From positions 64,001 to 128,000 of the IMG/VR virus record IMGVR_UViG_3300023184_000037: DNA of 64,000 bases; one strand, given 5' to 3'. This document shows, one piece after another, positions 19,675 through 29,155 of the stretch (position 1 is the first letter of the stretch; each line of letters starts with the position of its first letter). The DNA comes from a virus. Made by a program: the position numbers and the translations under genes. The notes below the pieces were generated by a model. That model searched no databases and was not told the origin of the DNA. It saw only the letters and a program-made list of their open reading frames with translations.

Positions 19675-20280
19675 ATGAAACACATTAAACTATTTGAGCA
19701 GTTTGTTGCTGAAGGAAAATCAGATGCTTTTCCGGAATACAACAATGGATATGCTCCTGGAGATTATAAATACATGAAAGAAATGAAATCTCTTCTTTCT
19801 AAAATTAAGGGAATTTCTGAGTATGACGATATGGACTCAACTACCCATGTTTATATAAAATCTGCTCCTGGAAATAGTGGTGTTGATTTAACTAAAGACA
19901 TTCAAAAGGTTCTTAAAGGATTTGATGGTAATCTAGATTTAGATAATATTACTAGTAACATCGGTAAACCTGGAGAAACTAGTCCTAATGACCAGCAAAA
20001 AGGAATTGTTACCTATAAAATTGCTAAAAAAATTGATTGGTGGACACTTAAAAGAGCAGCAGGAAAAGAAAAACCTAGCACTGAAACCGTTTTAACTGAC
20101 GATATTATTTCTGGAATTTTAGATAGAATGGCCCAAGTTTCAACGACTCAACATGAATTAGCAGACGTTCAATGGACTTCTTTAGAAGATTTACTTAGAG
20201 CAGCAGAAGACCACATGACTGCGACTAATTATAAGAAATTTTATAAAGAAATCAAGGCAAAATATCCTAAAATGAAATAA
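19675..20280 (+). CDS. Tagged hypothetical protein
   Basis: MKHIKLFEQFVAE. Confidence 0.7.
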   Translation: MKHIKLFEQFVAEGKSDAFPEYNNGYAPGDYKYMKEMKSLLSKIKGISEYDDMDSTTHVYIKSAPGNSGVDLTKDIQKVLKGFDGNLDLDNITSNIGKPGETSPNDQQKGIVTYKIAKKIDWWTLKRAAGKEKPSTETVLTDDIISGILDRMAQVSTTQHELADVQWTSLEDLLRAAEDHMTATNYKKFYKEIKAKYPKMK

Positions 20281-20281
20281 G

Positions 20282-20782
20282 ATGAAACATATTAAACTAT
20301 ACGAACAATTTGTAAATGAAGCAGCCGCGGTAAAAGTTACCCTGACTCCTGATTTATTCGATGATAAAAACTCTACTTGGGGTATGTACCAAGATTTAAA
20401 AGATACAGGGTGTTCTACATGGAAAATCAACTGTAATTTATTAGCAGATTCTGATGATGATATTATCATAGGAGAACGTAATGTTGTTATGTTTTCAGTT
20501 AGTGTATGGGATGATGGTGAAGCAGTTGCTAAAATCGGAACTACAAACTCTCTTAAAAGAGAACCTTCTGGAACTTTTGGTAAGAATTTCACATTTAATG
20601 TTGAAGATTTTAAAGCCAATTCAAAGAAACTTTCTACCGAAATTGCAGATTTCTTAGTAGACAAAGAACACTTTAATTGGATTAATAAGAGCATCACATC
20701 AAATAGAACACCTCTTAAAATAACTCCTAAAGGAGATTTTAGTCAGGTAATCGAAAAACTAATAGAAGCAGCGATTAAATAA
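20282..20782 (+). CDS. Tagged hypothetical protein
   Basis: MKHIKLYEQFVNE. Confidence 0.7.
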   Translation: MKHIKLYEQFVNEAAAVKVTLTPDLFDDKNSTWGMYQDLKDTGCSTWKINCNLLADSDDDIIIGERNVVMFSVSVWDDGEAVAKIGTTNSLKREPSGTFGKNFTFNVEDFKANSKKLSTEIADFLVDKEHFNWINKSITSNRTPLKITPKGDFSQVIEKLIEAAIK

Positions 20783-20795
20783 TAAGATAAACGAC

Positions 20796-21128
20796 ATGAA
20801 AAAATTAAAACAATACGAGGAATTTATCAATGAATCATTACTTATTGAAGAGTATAAATTATATGAAAAAAAGTATACACCTCAAGAGAGAAAAGAATTA
20901 GAAAAAAATGGAGAAGCAATGCCAGGCGGTAGGTTTCCTATTAAAGATTTAACTGATTTAAGAAATGCAATTCACTATTTAGGAAAGAACGTTGCAAAAG
21001 ACGGTGCAGATGTTGCTAAGTTTATTGCAAAAAGAATGAAAGAATTAGATGGATTAAAATATACTGACATGTTTTCATCAGCCCTAAAAAATTCAAAGTT
21101 AGGCGATGAAAAACAATATTTAGCATAA
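20796..21128 (+). CDS. Tagged small protein, DUF6582-like
   Basis: MKKLKQYEEFINE; TPQERKEL...AMPGGRFPI...LRNAI. Confidence 0.6.
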   Translation: MKKLKQYEEFINESLLIEEYKLYEKKYTPQERKELEKNGEAMPGGRFPIKDLTDLRNAIHYLGKNVAKDGADVAKFIAKRMKELDGLKYTDMFSSALKNSKLGDEKQYLA

Positions 21129-21152
21129 CCAAAACTTTAACATAAATTTAAC

Positions 21153-21193
21153 ACTCCAGATTTTACAGTCTGGAGTTTTTTGATTATATTTAC
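21153..21193 (+). promoter_or_regulatory. Terminator hairpin overlapping putative early promoter
   Basis: actccaga...tctggagt then T run; TATATTTAC 21185; attatatttacatatctaatt identical to copy at 25463. Confidence 0.65.
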
Positions 21194-21219
21194 ATATCTA
21201 ATTTTAACAAAGAAATATT

Positions 21220-21717
21220 ATGTACAAATTTAATCGATTTCCTTTATGTTCACTAGTTTATTTTGAAGCTGCCAAAATCCTAGGTTATGACGACAATGAA
21301 GCAGCCTCACTTGCACAAGGTAGAGCCGCATTTTTCGCAGCCGCTAAAATGGGTTTTAAAAATAAAAATAGTGTGGTTGATAACCCTAATATCGACCTTG
21401 TAGAATCTATTCCTTTTGCCGGATTTCCCGCGTTTATCTTACCTGCCGGAGCTATAGAAGGTGTTGATGGTATTGTATGTTGTACCCGAGATGGAGACAA
21501 AATCCATGAATCTTCAAGCCACTTTAAAAGTGAAAATAGAATTATCAATAACGTAGGTTCTTTAGGATTGGCTAAACTTAAGCAACACATTAATGATGAG
21601 TTACTTGCATTAGGTGACAAAATAAACGCAAATGACAAGGTTTATAAAGTTTACGTTAAGATGAGAGACACTGCTAGACACGAAAATTTTTACGAAGATG
21701 TTCTTTTATCCGCCTAA
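21220..21717 (+). CDS. Hypothetical protein
   Basis: First ORF after early-type promoter. Confidence 0.6.
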   Translation: MYKFNRFPLCSLVYFEAAKILGYDDNEAASLAQGRAAFFAAAKMGFKNKNSVVDNPNIDLVESIPFAGFPAFILPAGAIEGVDGIVCCTRDGDKIHESSSHFKSENRIINNVGSLGLAKLKQHINDELLALGDKINANDKVYKVYVKMRDTARHENFYEDVLLSA

Positions 21718-22222
21718 GCCCGGTACAATATTCTTTAAATCAATTCCATTAGAAAATTATCTAGTGCAATGGAAGTGGAGAGGATGGAGAATATGTATCA
21801 ACCAAAACGGAGAATGTTTCACTAGAACAAAAAAGAAGATTGACATTACCACCCATTTCCCTAAACAATCATATGACTATCAACTAGATGGAGAGATTAT
21901 TAGTAAATCAGAGGAGATAGAATATCAAGTTAAGGGTGCTATTAAAAGCGGAGATTATGAAATCAAGATTTTTGATATTTTTATTCCATCCAAACCGGAT
22001 TTAAAACTAATTGAAAGGTTAGAGATATTAAAAAATGATTTTGGAATTGATGTCAAGCATGAAACCGTAAAAACATTTGATGATGTTAATAATTCACTAT
22101 CCAATGCGTTATCTCTAGGAAGAGAAGGTATTGTACTAAAATTAAAAGATAGTGTTTGGAGAGCCGGAGAAACTATATCAAATATTGAACGAGATTGGAT
22201 TAAAGTAAAAGCAAAAATATGA
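21698..22222 (+). CDS. Minimal ATP-dependent ligase-like adenylation domain (no OB domain)
   Basis: Motif I QWKWRG, III LDGEII, IIIa IFDI, IV EGIVLK, V WIKVK. Confidence 0.7.
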   Translation: MFFYPPKPGTIFFKSIPLENYLVQWKWRGWRICINQNGECFTRTKKKIDITTHFPKQSYDYQLDGEIISKSEEIEYQVKGAIKSGDYEIKIFDIFIPSKPDLKLIERLEILKNDFGIDVKHETVKTFDDVNNSLSNALSLGREGIVLKLKDSVWRAGETISNIERDWIKVKAKI

Positions 22223-22719
22223 AAAAAAAGACAGCCAAAAATAATTTTGAAAAGACGGGTTTAGTTGATGCCGAAATTGTTGCTCATCAATTAATCCATG
22301 AAATAGAACACATGTGCAATTCTATAGAAATTAGTGGTTCTATTCGTAGAGGTGCGGAAGAGGTTGGAGATATCGACATTGTTGTAATACCTAAAGATAT
22401 CGATAATTTTCTAGTAGAGATTAAGGGTATTATAGATTATGATTATGGAGGCACTAAAAAGGTATTTGGTATCTATAAAGAACGACCAATTAATATATTC
22501 TTAACCAATAGCGATTCTTTCGGTGCATGCCTTTACCAAACTACGGGTCCTGTTTTTTATAATATCCGTAAAAGAACCAAGGTAAAAGCAATGGGATATA
22601 AACTCAATGAGTACGGTTTATTTTGTAACACAACCGGAAACAAAGTTGCCGGAGACTCTGAGAATTCAATATTTGATTTCTTTGGTTGGTCAAGAAAAGA
22701 TCCCAAATTAAGAGTGTGA
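22219..22719 (+). CDS. Minimal DNA polymerase X-family protein (palm/thumb only)
   Basis: SGSIRRG, GDIDIVV, TTGP, GYKLNEYGLF, ENSIF. Confidence 0.8.
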   Translation: MKKKTAKNNFEKTGLVDAEIVAHQLIHEIEHMCNSIEISGSIRRGAEEVGDIDIVVIPKDIDNFLVEIKGIIDYDYGGTKKVFGIYKERPINIFLTNSDSFGACLYQTTGPVFYNIRKRTKVKAMGYKLNEYGLFCNTTGNKVAGDSENSIFDFFGWSRKDPKLRV

Positions 22720-22744
22720 TATATAATAAAAACAAATTAAAATC

Positions 22745-23293
22745 ATGCCAAGTACAAGTAAAGCACAACAAAAATTAATGGGTATGGCATACGCTCTTAA
22801 AAAAGGAGATATGGACCCAAAGGATGCAAGCAAAGAAGTTAAAGACCTTGCTGATTCGATGACACTTCAACAATTAAAAGATTTTGCAAGTACAGAACAT
22901 AAAGGACTTCCTGACCATGTTAAAGAGGGAGAAGACCATGAAGTTGGAATGGCAATGAGTCAACTTAATGCAATTTCAAAAGCAGTTGGAGAATTACTTC
23001 AAAAAATTGGAAGAGAGGAAAAGGACTTACCAGGTTGGCTACAAGACCATATTTCCCAATCTTATAATTATATCAAACAGGCAAATGATGGTTACTATGA
23101 GTTAGAGGAAATGGTTTCTCCTGATAGTATTGGAGGAATGGGAGCTACCGCTCTACCCTCACCGACAACAGTAGGTTCTGGAGATGTTCCGAAAGGAGCA
23201 GGAGATGCAAAAGAAGAGGAGGAAGAGGAAAAGAAAAGACGCAAAGAATTCTTAAAGAAGTTTAAATCTTTCGAAGATTTTATTAAGGATTAA
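22745..23293 (+). CDS. DUF3008-like late protein with C-terminal tag
   Basis: MPSTSKAQQKLMGMAYALKKG...LKDFAST; ends KFKSFEDFIKD; late promoter 22718. Confidence 0.6.
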   Translation: MPSTSKAQQKLMGMAYALKKGDMDPKDASKEVKDLADSMTLQQLKDFASTEHKGLPDHVKEGEDHEVGMAMSQLNAISKAVGELLQKIGREEKDLPGWLQDHISQSYNYIKQANDGYYELEEMVSPDSIGGMGATALPSPTTVGSGDVPKGAGDAKEEEEEEKKRRKEFLKKFKSFEDFIKD

Positions 23294-23302
23294 TTAAAAA
23301 TT

Positions 23303-23346
23303 GAAACAATATTCCAAACCTCAGTATAAATACTGAGGTTTTTTTA
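23303..23346 (+). promoter_or_regulatory. Middle-type promoter embedded in a terminator hairpin
   Basis: GAAAC 23303, TATAA 23325; hairpin aaacctcagta-taaa-tactgaggttt then T run. Confidence 0.7.
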
Positions 23347-23354
23347 ATTTAACA

Positions 23355-23612
23355 ATGATGCAATATTTTTTTAAACCAGACAATTATGCTAGGTGGTCAG
23401 AACTGGCTACCGAAAAGATTAGTGTGACAATCGATTCGTGTACTACCCAGAGGCACATAGAATCTGCCAAAAGAATGATTGATACATTTATAATGATTAC
23501 TGCTCTAGAGGATAATATTGAAACAGAGGAGCTAGAATGGATTGTAAATCTATATTGGTTAAAAATCTTTTTAAAAAAACAAACTCTTTTTGAAACAAAA
23601 TCAAAACAATAA
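23355..23612 (+). CDS. Hypothetical protein
   Basis: ORF with own promoter. Confidence 0.6.
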   Translation: MMQYFFKPDNYARWSELATEKISVTIDSCTTQRHIESAKRMIDTFIMITALEDNIETEELEWIVNLYWLKIFLKKQTLFETKSKQ

Positions 23613-23643
23613 GTATAAATTAAGAACTTAAAAATAAATTAAA

Positions 23644-25080
23644 ATGGAATTCTTAGAAGCATTAAGACAAGAGGACATGGTAACTGAAAATGGAATGGCA
23701 ACTAATTCGACATCGTTGAATGCATGTGTTGACCTTTTCTTTAACATTGGAGCTATGAGAGGACAAGACAAACAACGTTTGATTGCTACTTTCTCTAAAG
23801 CATTTAATGAAGACCCTAAGCGTGCTATGAAACTCCTTTTTTGGGCTAGAGATGTTAGAGGTGGAGCTGGAGAACGTCAAGTTTTCAAGGACATTTTAGT
23901 TTATTTGGCAGAAAACCATGATTTGGTACTTAAACCAAACTTACACTTAATTTCAGAGTATGGTCGTTGGGATGACTTACTAGCCCTAGCAGGAACATAT
24001 CTTGAAAAGGAAGCATTCACCCTAATTTCTGATGCAATCATCAACGAAAATGGTTTATGTGCTAAATGGATGCCACGTAAAGGAGCAGTAGCTGAAAAGT
24101 TACGTAAATTTACTGGAATGTCCCCAAAGCAGTACAGAAAATCTCTTGTAGGTTTAACTAATGTTGTTGAAACTAAAATGTGTGCTAAAGACTGGAATTC
24201 TATCGATTTCGGTAAATTACCATCTGTCGCTTCAGCAAGATACCAAAAAGCATTTGGTAAAAACGCATACGAAAGTTATTCAGCCTATATTGCTTCTCTT
24301 GTAAAAGGTGAGGCTAAAATTAATGCAGGTGCAGTTTACCCATACGATGTGACTAAGTCTCTAAATTATGGAAACTCAAGCGTAGCAAACGAACAATGGA
24401 AAGCTCTTCCAAACTATATGGAAGGCGCAAACGATATGATTTTACCAGTGGTTGATGTCTCAGGTTCTATGTCTTGCCCAGCAGGCGGTAGTAAATCTGT
24501 AACATGTATGGATGTTGCAATCTCATTAGGTCTTTATATTTCTGAAAGAAATGAAGGTCCTTTCAAAGATGCATTCATTACTTTCTCAAGTAAACCACAG
24601 TTACAAGTATTAAGTGGCTCATTGAGTGATCGCTACACACAGATGTCAAACTCTGATTGGGGAATGTCAACGGATCTTGAGGCGACCTTCAAATTGATTT
24701 TAAATCAGGCCACTAAGCATAAACTATCGCAAGATAAAATGCCAAATAAAATCCTAATCCTATCGGATATGGAATTTAATGCAGCAGTTTATACTGGAGG
24801 TTATAGTACTAGATTTAAAGGTGGAACTTGGAATCCAACTGCTCAGCAAATGATTGAGCAAATGTATGCTGACGCAGGTTACAAAGTACCTCAAATTGTT
24901 TACTGGAATATTCAATCCCGAAATGGAGGAGTACCAGTTGCATTTGATACTCAAGGAACTGCACTGGTTTCAGGATTCTCTCCAGCAATTATGACAAGTT
25001 TACTTGGAGGAGACATAGAATCTCCACAACAAATAATGGATAAAACAATTTTGAGTGAGAGATACGCTCCAATTGTATAA
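23644..25080 (+). CDS. DUF2828-family protein (TROVE/Ro60-like helical domain plus vWA domain)
   Basis: TENG, RDVRGGAGER, YGRWDDL, AKWMPR, MIDAS-like VDVSGSM, FITFS, LSDMEF, YWNI, VSGFSP; promoter GAAAC 23592. Confidence 0.85.
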   Translation: MEFLEALRQEDMVTENGMATNSTSLNACVDLFFNIGAMRGQDKQRLIATFSKAFNEDPKRAMKLLFWARDVRGGAGERQVFKDILVYLAENHDLVLKPNLHLISEYGRWDDLLALAGTYLEKEAFTLISDAIINENGLCAKWMPRKGAVAEKLRKFTGMSPKQYRKSLVGLTNVVETKMCAKDWNSIDFGKLPSVASARYQKAFGKNAYESYSAYIASLVKGEAKINAGAVYPYDVTKSLNYGNSSVANEQWKALPNYMEGANDMILPVVDVSGSMSCPAGGSKSVTCMDVAISLGLYISERNEGPFKDAFITFSSKPQLQVLSGSLSDRYTQMSNSDWGMSTDLEATFKLILNQATKHKLSQDKMPNKILILSDMEFNAAVYTGGYSTRFKGGTWNPTAQQMIEQMYADAGYKVPQIVYWNIQSRNGGVPVAFDTQGTALVSGFSPAIMTSLLGGDIESPQQIMDKTILSERYAPIV

Positions 25081-25096
25081 GATATATAAAGAAAAT

Positions 25097-25153
25097 TGGT
25101 TCCTTACAGCAATCCATAAAAAGCAATTATAAACTACGCAAATATTGGAACCA
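25097..25153 (+). ncRNA. Candidate small RNA 1 (terminal stem plus TACAGCAA)
   Basis: tggttcc (25097-25103) pairs with ggaacca (25147-25153); TACAGCAA at 25105; late promoter at 25081. Confidence 0.5.
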
Positions 25154-25154
25154 G

Positions 25155-25394
25155 GCGGATCGGTACAGCAAAAAGTACACACACAGCTATGATAGCCAAC
25201 GTATTACAGAGATAGTATCAAGTATAACAGGCAAATGGAAGTCTAACCAGGATAAAAAATAGACAAACGTCATACCACCCCAATAGGTGATAAGTAGGAT
25301 GGGTCGAAGTTTAGTAGACGCTCGCGAAAATCAAAGCCGAAGACGTTAAACAGGGTTATTCCGCCGGGAAGAAAATCACGAAAAACGATCCCGT
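25155..25394 (+). ncRNA. Candidate small RNA 2 (~240 nt, terminal stem plus TACAGCAA)
   Basis: gcggatcg (25155-25162) pairs with cgatcccgt (25386-25394) with one bulged C; TACAGCAA at 25164; no long ORF; terminator follows. Confidence 0.5.
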
Positions 25395-25402
25395 AATAAT
25401 TT

Positions 25403-25473
25403 AATCCTGACAAAATTGTTAATAACTTTTTTAGTCAGGATTTTTTTATGTCGATTTTTTGTATTATATTTAC
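25403..25473 (+). terminator. Terminator (aatcctgac...gtcaggatt plus T run) followed by early-type promoter
   Basis: 9-bp stem with long loop; GTC 25450, TATATTTAC 25465. Confidence 0.6.
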
Positions 25474-25537
25474 ATATCTAATTAAAGTGCATAAAAAACA
25501 AAACCAATATATAACATATAATACTTAAACGAAACTT

Positions 25538-25813
25538 ATGAATATTTTAGACGAAGCAAGCGGAATTGTTAATAACCGCTCAGAAGAAGCAGACAGACAG
25601 TATGGTCCTTTCTCAGAAGGTATGGACAGAGCTGCAATGATTTTTAGAGGTATGACCGGAATCGAAGTTACCGGAGAACACATGTTTAAAGCACTAGTTG
25701 CACTTAAATTCAGTAGAGAATCGTACAATCACAAGCGTGATAATTTATTAGATGCAGTTGCATATATCCAAGGATTAGACAACTACATTAACGAAAAGCA
25801 AAACAATGGTTAA
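25538..25813 (+). CDS. DUF6378-like small protein (nucleotide-modification associated)
   Basis: ILDEASGIVNNR...YGPF...LKFSRE...RDNLLDAVAY. Confidence 0.65.
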   Translation: MNILDEASGIVNNRSEEADRQYGPFSEGMDRAAMIFRGMTGIEVTGEHMFKALVALKFSRESYNHKRDNLLDAVAYIQGLDNYINEKQNNG

Positions 25814-26855
25814 TATTTACACAGTTTTAGATTCATTAAAGGGTAAGAAGATTGCAATTGATGATGTTGTAACTACTTATAGTTCAAAGAAGGCCAGCCA
25901 TAAAAGTGCATGGGCTTTCTTATTAGCTAATCAATTAAGGTCCCTAGGACTGGATGCTGAAGTACTTACCAAGTCAGAAGATATTCACCAATATGATGTT
26001 TGGTTAGTAGCACTTCCAATGGAATTCCAAGGTTCTTATAACCTATTTGGTGGAGCCACTGACGAACCAGCAGAAAGGATTAAAAGATTTTTAGATTTTG
26101 GTGGAACAATATATTGTTTGAATCGAGAAATGCCAGATGTTGGAGCATTCGCGCAAAGTCGAATGAAATCATGTTCACCCTTATGGGCATCTCTTAATGT
26201 TGAAGCACTTACAAAGAAGAGTAAAGAAACCGAAACAATTGAATTGAAATTGGCTTCCGGAACTTTTGTCTTAGGTGATTCCCATTCAGTTTCAGTATAC
26301 CAACCGGGCGCAAATATTAGCCGAAATGATGGTAAAACCCTATTTGGAGTTATGAAAGAGGGAATGACATCTTATATTCCTGAAGGAACTGACCATCTAA
26401 TTACATACTTTGGAAACATTGATGTTCGTCATCACTTATGCCGACAAGAAAAACCAGTCGACGCGGTTAAAGCCCTTGTAAAAAATTACTTTGAGCACTT
26501 ACAATCACTAGGAATTCAAAAGAATACCGTTGTAAAATTATTGCCTATCGAATTTGAAGGTCGCAGAATTCCAAAAACTGGGTACTATAAAGGTACTCCA
26601 TTTATCGGAACTCAACGAGAACGCACTCAATTGATGGAAATATTTAACGAAGAGGTTGACAAACTCTCGGCTATATATAATATGAACGTAATCGAATGGC
26701 CGATTCATTGGTACTCAGCAGACCCACAATATTTTGCCGATACTTACATGGAGAAACCAGGTTCCGTTCACCTATCTAGAGAGTTTTACCAATATGATTT
26801 CGAGACGTCCGAAAAAAATGTTGTGCTAAAGAAAACTATTAACACTCTTTTTTAA
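25806..26855 (+). CDS. Two-domain protein with C-terminal SGNH/GDSL-like fold
   Basis: LGDSHS, YFGNIDVRHH, PGSVHL. Confidence 0.5.
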   Translation: MVNIYTVLDSLKGKKIAIDDVVTTYSSKKASHKSAWAFLLANQLRSLGLDAEVLTKSEDIHQYDVWLVALPMEFQGSYNLFGGATDEPAERIKRFLDFGGTIYCLNREMPDVGAFAQSRMKSCSPLWASLNVEALTKKSKETETIELKLASGTFVLGDSHSVSVYQPGANISRNDGKTLFGVMKEGMTSYIPEGTDHLITYFGNIDVRHHLCRQEKPVDAVKALVKNYFEHLQSLGIQKNTVVKLLPIEFEGRRIPKTGYYKGTPFIGTQRERTQLMEIFNEEVDKLSAIYNMNVIEWPIHWYSADPQYFADTYMEKPGSVHLSREFYQYDFETSEKNVVLKKTINTLF

Positions 26856-26866
26856 AACAAAATAAT

Positions 26867-27451
26867 ATGAAAAACATTTTTTTAGATTGTGGAACCCATC
26901 TATGTGAAGGGTTACTAGAATTTCAGGCTAAAGGAGTTATTGATGATACATTTGAGATTCATACCTTTGAGGCAAATCCTGAATGTAAAATAGAAGAACG
27001 TGTAAAGAAAATACCCTTAAATATTACTCCACATAATGTGGCAGTATGGATTGAGGACGGATTCGTATTGTTTAACCAAGAAAATCATAAAAAGAGTAAT
27101 TGCGGTTCCCCGACTGATGGACAATCCGATATAGATGGATGGGCATCTTCGATTAATGGAATAGGATTTTACTGGCCAGGATATGAGACCCATGTCCAAG
27201 TTCCAAGTATTGATTTTAGCAAGTTTGTTTCTGAGCTACCCAAAGATTCAAACATAATATGTAAAATGGATATTGAAGGTTCTGAATTCTCAGTCCTAAG
27301 AAAGATGATAGAAGAGGGTACAATTAGTAACATAAAGGAAATCTATATTGAGTTCCATGAAAGAGCTATGCCATCTGAATCTGTTGAATCCCGTCAAAAA
27401 ATAGTTAATGACATTACAAACCTAGGTGTAGTAGTACATGAATGGTTTTAA
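26867..27451 (+). CDS. FkbM-family SAM-dependent methyltransferase
   Basis: FLDCGTH, FEANP, NVAVW, KMDIEGSEF, IEFH. Confidence 0.85.
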   Translation: MKNIFLDCGTHLCEGLLEFQAKGVIDDTFEIHTFEANPECKIEERVKKIPLNITPHNVAVWIEDGFVLFNQENHKKSNCGSPTDGQSDIDGWASSINGIGFYWPGYETHVQVPSIDFSKFVSELPKDSNIICKMDIEGSEFSVLRKMIEEGTISNIKEIYIEFHERAMPSESVESRQKIVNDITNLGVVVHEWF

Positions 27452-27507
27452 TTTGAAACTTTTTAAATAAAACTAGTATAAAAATTATAAATTAAATTTT
27501 AAGAAAA

Positions 27508-28695
27508 ATGAACAAAATTAAAGTAGGAATTATCGGAACAGGAAATTGCGCTAAATCATTAGTTGAAGGTGTACAATATTACACTGAAAATCCAAATGAT
27601 ATTACCGGAATGATGAAGTCCGATATTGGAGGTTACAAAGCAGAAAACATCGAGTTTGTATGTGGATTCGAAATTGATGAACGTAAAGTTAATCAAACAT
27701 TAGGATACGCTCTTAAACAAAGACCAAACTCTGCATGGGATATTGTTGACGTAATTCATTCTGAGGCTCCAGTTTATGAGGCTCCAGTTATTGATGGTTA
27801 TGCAGCCCTTATGGATAACTATCCAGAACAAAATCGTTTCTTAGTTGACGAAAAACTAAGAAATTCTACGGACATGAATCGTACTGATTGGACTCCAAAA
27901 AAATCACGTGAATGGAAAGACTCAATCATTGCTAAATTAAAAGAGCATGGTGTTGAAGTACTTATTAACTACTTACCAGTAGGTTCACAAAAAACAACTG
28001 AATTCTGGGCTGAAATTTGCCTTGAAACAGGAATCTCTTTAGTAAACTGTATTCCAGTTTTTATCGCATCTGACCCAGCTTGGGAGCAAAGATTTATCGA
28101 TGCTGGAATTCCAATTATCGGAGATGATATGCGTTCTCAATTTGGAGCAAGTATCCTTTCTCAAATGTTACAAGAACTTGCCTTTGAAAGAGGACATCAT
28201 GTAAAAGCGCACATCCAAAGAAATGTTGGAGGTAACACAGATTTCTTAAACATGGAAGACAAATCTCGTCTAGCATCTAAAAAGATTTCTAAAGAAAACG
28301 TAATTCGTGCCCAAAACGAAATTAGAGGAATCTCAACTGAAGATTCATTCTTACACGCTGGTCCTTCTGAGTATATTGCATTTTATGGCGATAACAAAGT
28401 TGCTAACTTCCGTTTAGAACTTACAGGATTCGGTGGAGCACCAGTTCTTTTTGATGCTCAATTAAGTGTACAAGACTCTCCAAACTCAGCTGGAGTAGTA
28501 ATCGATGCAGTTCGTTATTTAAGAGTTGCAAGAGAATTAGGAGTTGTAGGAGCATTAAGAGGTCCTTCAGCGTTTACTCAAAAAACCCCACCAGATCAAA
28601 TGATGTTTGCTGATGCTGTTTATGAGTGTACTGAATTGGCTGCAAGACGCTTAACAGATTCTACAAGAAAACAGTTAGTTGCTAAAAAAGCCTAA
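27508..28695 (+). CDS. ino1: myo-inositol-1-phosphate synthase
   Basis: GIIGTGNCAKSLVEG, NYLPVGS, GDDMRSQFGAS, NVGGNTDFLNM, SKKISK, DSPNSAGVVIDAVR; promoter GAAAC 27455. Confidence 0.93.
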   Translation: MNKIKVGIIGTGNCAKSLVEGVQYYTENPNDITGMMKSDIGGYKAENIEFVCGFEIDERKVNQTLGYALKQRPNSAWDIVDVIHSEAPVYEAPVIDGYAALMDNYPEQNRFLVDEKLRNSTDMNRTDWTPKKSREWKDSIIAKLKEHGVEVLINYLPVGSQKTTEFWAEICLETGISLVNCIPVFIASDPAWEQRFIDAGIPIIGDDMRSQFGASILSQMLQELAFERGHHVKAHIQRNVGGNTDFLNMEDKSRLASKKISKENVIRAQNEIRGISTEDSFLHAGPSEYIAFYGDNKVANFRLELTGFGGAPVLFDAQLSVQDSPNSAGVVIDAVRYLRVARELGVVGALRGPSAFTQKTPPDQMMFADAVYECTELAARRLTDSTRKQLVAKKA

Positions 28696-28710
28696 CAATC
28701 CAATTAACCC

Positions 28711-28740
28711 AAAGGGGAGAGAATAACTCTCCCTTTTTTT
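28711..28740 (+). terminator. Intrinsic terminator
   Basis: gggagag-aataa-ctctccc then T7. Confidence 0.75.
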
Positions 28741-28755
28741 ATCAAAACTTTACGC

Positions 28756-29154
28756 ATGTTAAACATATTTAAAACCAAAAAACCAGTCGATATCTATGGA
28801 TACGATTTTGATGGAGTAATTTCAATTGGAATAACTCCAAGAGCAACCACAGATTTTGTTATTACCGGAAGATGTATTGACGAACAAGACGAAATCCGTG
28901 CAATCCTTAAAGAGAGAGGAATTAAATGCAAAGTGTATTTTAATCCAATGACTCTTGAAGAACGTGGAAACCATACAGTTGCAGCTAGAAGGCATTCTGG
29001 AAATCACAAAGCAAAAACCCTTAATCGTTTAAAAGATGAAGGTGTTATTGTTTCACGTTTTTTTGAAGATGACCCAATCCAATACCAAATTATCCAGGAA
29101 AACTGTCCTGATGTTGAATTGGTTAACATTGTATCAAAATTAGTACAGAAATAA
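28756..29154 (+). CDS. Cap-less HAD-superfamily phosphatase
   Basis: YDFDGVI, ITGR, conserved K, FFEDD. Confidence 0.8.
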   Translation: MLNIFKTKKPVDIYGYDFDGVISIGITPRATTDFVITGRCIDEQDEIRAILKERGIKCKVYFNPMTLEERGNHTVAARRHSGNHKAKTLNRLKDEGVIVSRFFEDDPIQYQIIQENCPDVELVNIVSKLVQK

Positions 29155-29155
29155 G

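Noticed and set aside
25081-25447. tRNA, tmRNA or CRISPR mini-array in the non-coding gap
   Set aside because: No cloverleaf or GTTCRA T-loop, no tmRNA ends, and the repeat is only 8 nt in two copies
27508-28695. MIPS as host contamination or a prophage boundary
   Set aside because: It has a phage GAAAC-N17-TATAA promoter, phage-like codon use and phage genes on both sides
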